Positions 60,674 through 64,000 of a DNA stretch of 64,000 nt are shown piece by piece. The notes beneath the pieces were generated by a model. The model was given only the letters and a program-made list of their open reading frames with translations, did no database searches and was not told the origin of the DNA. This stretch comes from Blastocatellia bacterium. GTDB lineage: Bacteria > Acidobacteriota > Blastocatellia > UBA7656. The translations under genes and the position numbers were made by a program. The DNA lies in the NCBI GenBank assembly GCA_963765495.1, contig CAVXWP010000007.1:768001-832000 (forward strand). The letters run 5' to 3'. Numbering within the stretch: the first letter of the stretch is position 1; every line of letters begins with the position of its first letter.

Positions 60674-60790
60674 GCAGTAGGCAGTAACGGAGTTGGGTAC
60701 CACCTATTCATATGCTTATACCGTGCTCTCTTTAGAAGTAGTCGTCAATTCAGCATCAACTGCCTACTGCTTACTGCTTACTGCCTGCTG
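60666..60790. repeat. Heptamer-arm inverted element (GCAGTAG / CTACTGC family)
   Basis: (GGCAGTA)3 ... (ACTGCYT)4; contains the stop codons of both convergent genes. Confidence 0.9.
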
Positions 60791-61641
60791 CTCACTTCCA
60801 CTCTCTTTTGAGGCGCTCGTTTCTTTGAGGCGGATGCAGGACGGGCGTTTCGAGAAGTTTTCTTCGCAACGGTTTTTTGAGATGCCTTGATTATGCGCGG
60901 CTCGCAAACGCTCTGGCTGCGATTTATCGCCTGCCTGACGCTGCGGTAGCCGTATTTGCGCGGGTCAGCTTCAAAATGAGCCGGGTCGGCCAGTCCGTAC
61001 CGCCATTTGAAACCATTCTTCTGCATTATTTTTACTATTTGCCGACCACGCGGGGTCAGACGTTTTGCGCCTCGCGGCCCGGCCGCCACTCCCGATATGT
61101 CTACGGCAAATCCCGCTTCGTGAAGCGATTGGCCCGCTGGCAGCGCAGCATAAAGCCCCGGATGGCTTTGGCGGCACTTGCGGCTGCGAGAGCACCGATT
61201 CAACTGGGCCTGACGAGCCGATGACCGCCACGTGCTTGTAATGGTCGGCTTGATGCCTTTGCGTTTCATCTCGCGCAAGGCTGTGCTGTACTTCTTGTTG
61301 ATCGCCGGGCTGATATAACCCGGGCTCTTGCAAGGCGCGACCATTGCGCGAGCAGATTTTTTGGATGTCCTTCTGGCGTTCTTCGCCTGTCGGGCGCTGC
61401 ACTCGCCGCAACCTCTGTCAGTGGTTTGATTCTTTTTGGAGACCCGTGTTGATCGAGCCGCGTTCGCTTGTTTTTTCGCGTTCGCTTGTTTTTTCGCCGC
61501 AGACGTTGAGGAAACATTCCTTGACGCTGACCGGGTGGCCCGTGATCTATTCTGTGCGTTGTTGGAAGGTGATATGAAGAAGCTCGTCGCCAGAATCAGG
61601 AGAGAGATACCCACACACCGCCCTGCTGAATATGAAAGCAT
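60778..61641 (-). CDS. M15-family D-Ala-D-Ala peptidase, basic secreted protein
   Basis: STWRS..RQ, SLHEAGFAVDI, DPAHFE Zn motifs; 18-bp tandem duplication (KKQANA) at 61459-61497. Confidence 0.8.
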   Translation of the reverse strand: MLSYSAGRCVGISLLILATSFFISPSNNAQNRSRATRSASRNVSSTSAAKKQANAKKQANAARSTRVSKKNQTTDRGCGECSARQAKNARRTSKKSARAMVAPCKSPGYISPAINKKYSTALREMKRKGIKPTITSTWRSSARQAQLNRCSRSRKCRQSHPGLYAALPAGQSLHEAGFAVDISGVAAGPRGAKRLTPRGRQIVKIMQKNGFKWRYGLADPAHFEADPRKYGYRSVRQAINRSQSVCEPRIIKASQKTVAKKTSRNARPASASKKRAPQKRVEVSSRQ

Positions 61642-61800
61642 GGAGTTATTTTCCTTTGGGGCTTAAGCTGTAAACCGGAGGGGCTTTTTCAAGCATTCCG
61701 GAGGTTGAATCAACCCTGCTGAAGCAATTCCTGTCGAGCGGTCCAGAAACAGTATAACCCATCGGTCAAGGGCCGATTTGAGACCTGACCGTTGAGGATA

Positions 61801-61869
61801 GCCACGGCAGTCACAAAGACATAAAGACTCTTCATATTCTTTTCTCTGTGTCTTTGCGACTACGGTGGC
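61801..61869. repeat. CACAAAGAC-type palindromic element / possible terminator
   Basis: GCCACGGCAGTCACAAAGACA ... TGTCTTTGCGACTACGGTGGC, 7 nt from the SNase stop. Confidence 0.65.
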
Positions 61870-61875
61870 CGACTC

Positions 61876-62832
61876 TTACGGCGCTTTTAACACAGTCGAA
61901 GCGAAGCAACGGCCACAGGCTGTATAGCCGTCGGATTTTGCCTTTGACAGAGGGATAGAGGTCTTTTTCTTATCAAGATAGTCGCAACCGGATTTGTGAT
62001 ACATTCGGTCAGCCGACGAGACAAAAACCATAGGCTCAGACGGCGCGCTCGTCGTCGGGATGGCGGGAACATTTGGGCCAAGCTCAGACGGCATCATCGG
62101 TTGTAGCTTTCTCGATTTTGTTTCGTCGGGCGCAGGGCTGGTTGCCGCCGGTTGCGTCGAAGCCGTTGTAGAGGCGGCTCCGCCAAGTCCCCATACTCCG
62201 CGCATGCCCTGCATCGCGTCGCGCTCCATTGCGCGAAAATCTTCTACTGCCTGAAATTGATCGGCGACCTTAACAAAGGCATGCCCCAGTTTTATCATCT
62301 CGGCGTTAAAAAGAGTGCCGTCCCGCGTGTAGACATAAGCAAGCGTTTGCCCGGATTCATTCTTGTTGCCGGAAGCCGAAGTCACAGGGTCAAATTGAAG
62401 TCTGACCTCTTTGCCTTCGAGCGAACTCTTTGTAAAAGCCAGGGCGCTTGCTCCGTGCGCGGCGTAGATTTCGGTCGGAGTCTTACCGTCAGGGGTTTCA
62501 ATCCCTATCATACGGACCTGCCCTATACCCTCGACCTCTATCGTATCGGCGCGCAGCACACTGGTTACGCGCAGGAAATCGGTTGATTCGGGCTGAGAAG
62601 CGGTGGGAACGGCAGGAATTGCCGTCTGCTTCGTCCTTTCGGCCGAGGCCAGAGATGAGGCGGCTGCGGCCTCTCGTCCGGTCATGTATCTGGCGACCGC
62701 AAATCCGAAGGCGAAGCCCGCCACAAGCGCCAGCCCTATGTAAACAATGACATGGCGCTGGTCGATGCCAACCTGCCAGCGAGGTGTCTCCCACTCGTTT
62801 TGCTCGATCTGCTGTTCCTTGAACTCCAACAT
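61876..62832 (-). CDS. Membrane-anchored thermonuclease (SNase) with C-terminal Ada-like metal-binding motif
   Basis: TM helix, VRMIGIETP, LAYVY, N.EMIK.G.A, RGVW; C-terminal YH..GC...GYTAC..C. Confidence 0.82.
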   Translation of the reverse strand: MLEFKEQQIEQNEWETPRWQVGIDQRHVIVYIGLALVAGFAFGFAVARYMTGREAAAASSLASAERTKQTAIPAVPTASQPESTDFLRVTSVLRADTIEVEGIGQVRMIGIETPDGKTPTEIYAAHGASALAFTKSSLEGKEVRLQFDPVTSASGNKNESGQTLAYVYTRDGTLFNAEMIKLGHAFVKVADQFQAVEDFRAMERDAMQGMRGVWGLGGAASTTASTQPAATSPAPDETKSRKLQPMMPSELGPNVPAIPTTSAPSEPMVFVSSADRMYHKSGCDYLDKKKTSIPLSKAKSDGYTACGRCFASTVLKAP

Positions 62833-63311
62833 AATTTGTATCCGTTCGGGCCGGGCCCGGGCCTTTTAATCAAGTAGAAAATCCATCTCTTGCCTGTGGC
62901 AGGAAACTTCTCTGTTGGGAAAAACTCACGGCTGAAATTGTCTCACCAGCCGGCCAATGAGTCAATATCAAACCCCTCACGGGATGGTCTGATTCCAGCG
63001 CGTGCGGGGCGGTCTGGCTCTTTCCAGAGCAGGAGAATTAAAAAAATAGAAATATCCTTAGAAAAAAGGCGATTTTTCTTGATTAAAAGGTTGCAAGTTG
63101 CCCGGCTGGTGTAGTAATCTTCGCGTCGCGGATAACCCCCTGTTTTGCTGGCTCGAAAAGGGCGGCTAAAGCAGGGGCATCTTTTTGAGAGGCGATTAAA
63201 CGAGCATCTTGATGACTAATCGAATAGAGTACTCGTCATTCGCCTGACAGATTCTTATTGAATGTGCAGAAGCACAAGAGATCACAAAATTAAGGAGAGT
63301 AACGCAAGAAT

Positions 63312-63632
63312 ATGGCAACAGCAAAAGCAGGAAAAGCAACAAAGAAAATGACGAAAACGCAGTTGGCGGCAGAGCTTGCCGATACGACCGGCACAAATAA
63401 GAAGACGGCAGCGCAGTTCCTTGATTCCTTATGCGATATCGCTTACCGCGAGGCTAGAAAGAACGGCGAGTTTACGATTCCGGGCATCGGTAAACTGGTT
63501 AAACAACAACGCGCAGCTCGCACGGGACGCAATCCTAAAACGGGTGAGCCTATGAAGATACCAGCCAAGACCGTCGTGAAGTTCCGCATGGCGAAGGCTG
63601 CAAAGGAAGCCGTCCTGCCTGTCAAGAAGTAG
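63312..63632 (+). CDS. HU-family DNA-binding protein
   Basis: MTKTQL, IPGIGKL, RAARTGRNPKTGE.MKIPAKTVVKF; AAGGAG SD. Confidence 0.93.
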   Translation: MATAKAGKATKKMTKTQLAAELADTTGTNKKTAAQFLDSLCDIAYREARKNGEFTIPGIGKLVKQQRAARTGRNPKTGEPMKIPAKTVVKFRMAKAAKEAVLPVKK

Positions 63633-63805
63633 GTTCGGCCAAATAGGTCTGTCAGACGCGCTCAATCAGCCAGAAAAACGGCGAGCGCCGGCAGACAAAA
63701 GGGAAACAGTTATTATTGATGTGTCGCGGTGATCCGCACTGTTCAAGTACGGTCCAATTCACCCGATCAATAATTACCCGATCACCGCGATGCTTTAATC
63801 TCAAG

Positions 63806-63846
63806 AGCCGGCGCAGTCGTGATTCTGTGCCGGCTTCAATTTTTTG
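63806..63846 (+). terminator. Probable intrinsic terminator downstream of HU
   Basis: AGCCGGCGCAG/CTGTGCCGGCT stem followed by a T run. Confidence 0.55.
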
Positions 63847-64000
63847 AGATTATCTTTTAGAGCTTATCAGTCTGTGACTCGCTCATGAGATCTCGTCTTC
63901 GCGCGTCTTTCCATCAAGGCTACTTTCAAAATAGTCCAGATGATACGCACACCGGCGCGCAGGGAACCGCTCACGGTACCCGCAACTTTTGATTCACCCG

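Overview
A 64-kb, GC-rich, gene-dense bacterial chromosome segment. The gene families suggest Acidobacteria, probably Blastocatellia-like (inference from three orphan duplicated ABC permeases, three tandem acidobacterial VWA proteins, tandem CadC-type wHTH/TPR proteins and TPR-TonB/OmpA proteins). About 42 CDSs were called by motif recognition only, with no database searches. I found no rRNA, tRNA, CRISPR array, transposase, integrase or reverse transcriptase. Main blocks: wHTH-TPR pair; ATPase/patatin; IPT-NHL secreted protein; infA; a proteostasis cluster dnaJ-like/clpB/eRF1-aRF1-like protein/clpP/hsp20/lon; REC-GAF-PP2C; three ADOP permeases with an acyl-CoA carboxylase/dehydrogenase operon between them; envelope genes; a REC/hybrid-kinase/HD-GYP/FHA-MshEN-like signalling run; tatA; NagZ plus SSS transporter; BON; M15 peptidase; SNase; HU. 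Best leads: (1) an archaeo-eukaryotic release-factor/Vms1-like protein lacking GGQ inside a chaperone-protease cluster, a candidate heat-stress ribosome-rescue or hibernation system, preceded by a PPP-containing uORF and next to an infA that probably starts at ATT; (2) about 14 intergenic inverted elements built from several different 7-mer tandem repeats, nearly all touching stop codons, most encoding stops in all three frames; (3) divergent sigma-54-type promoters, one facing a structured, apparently non-coding region with a small membrane ORF and a ~104-nt rod-like hairpin.
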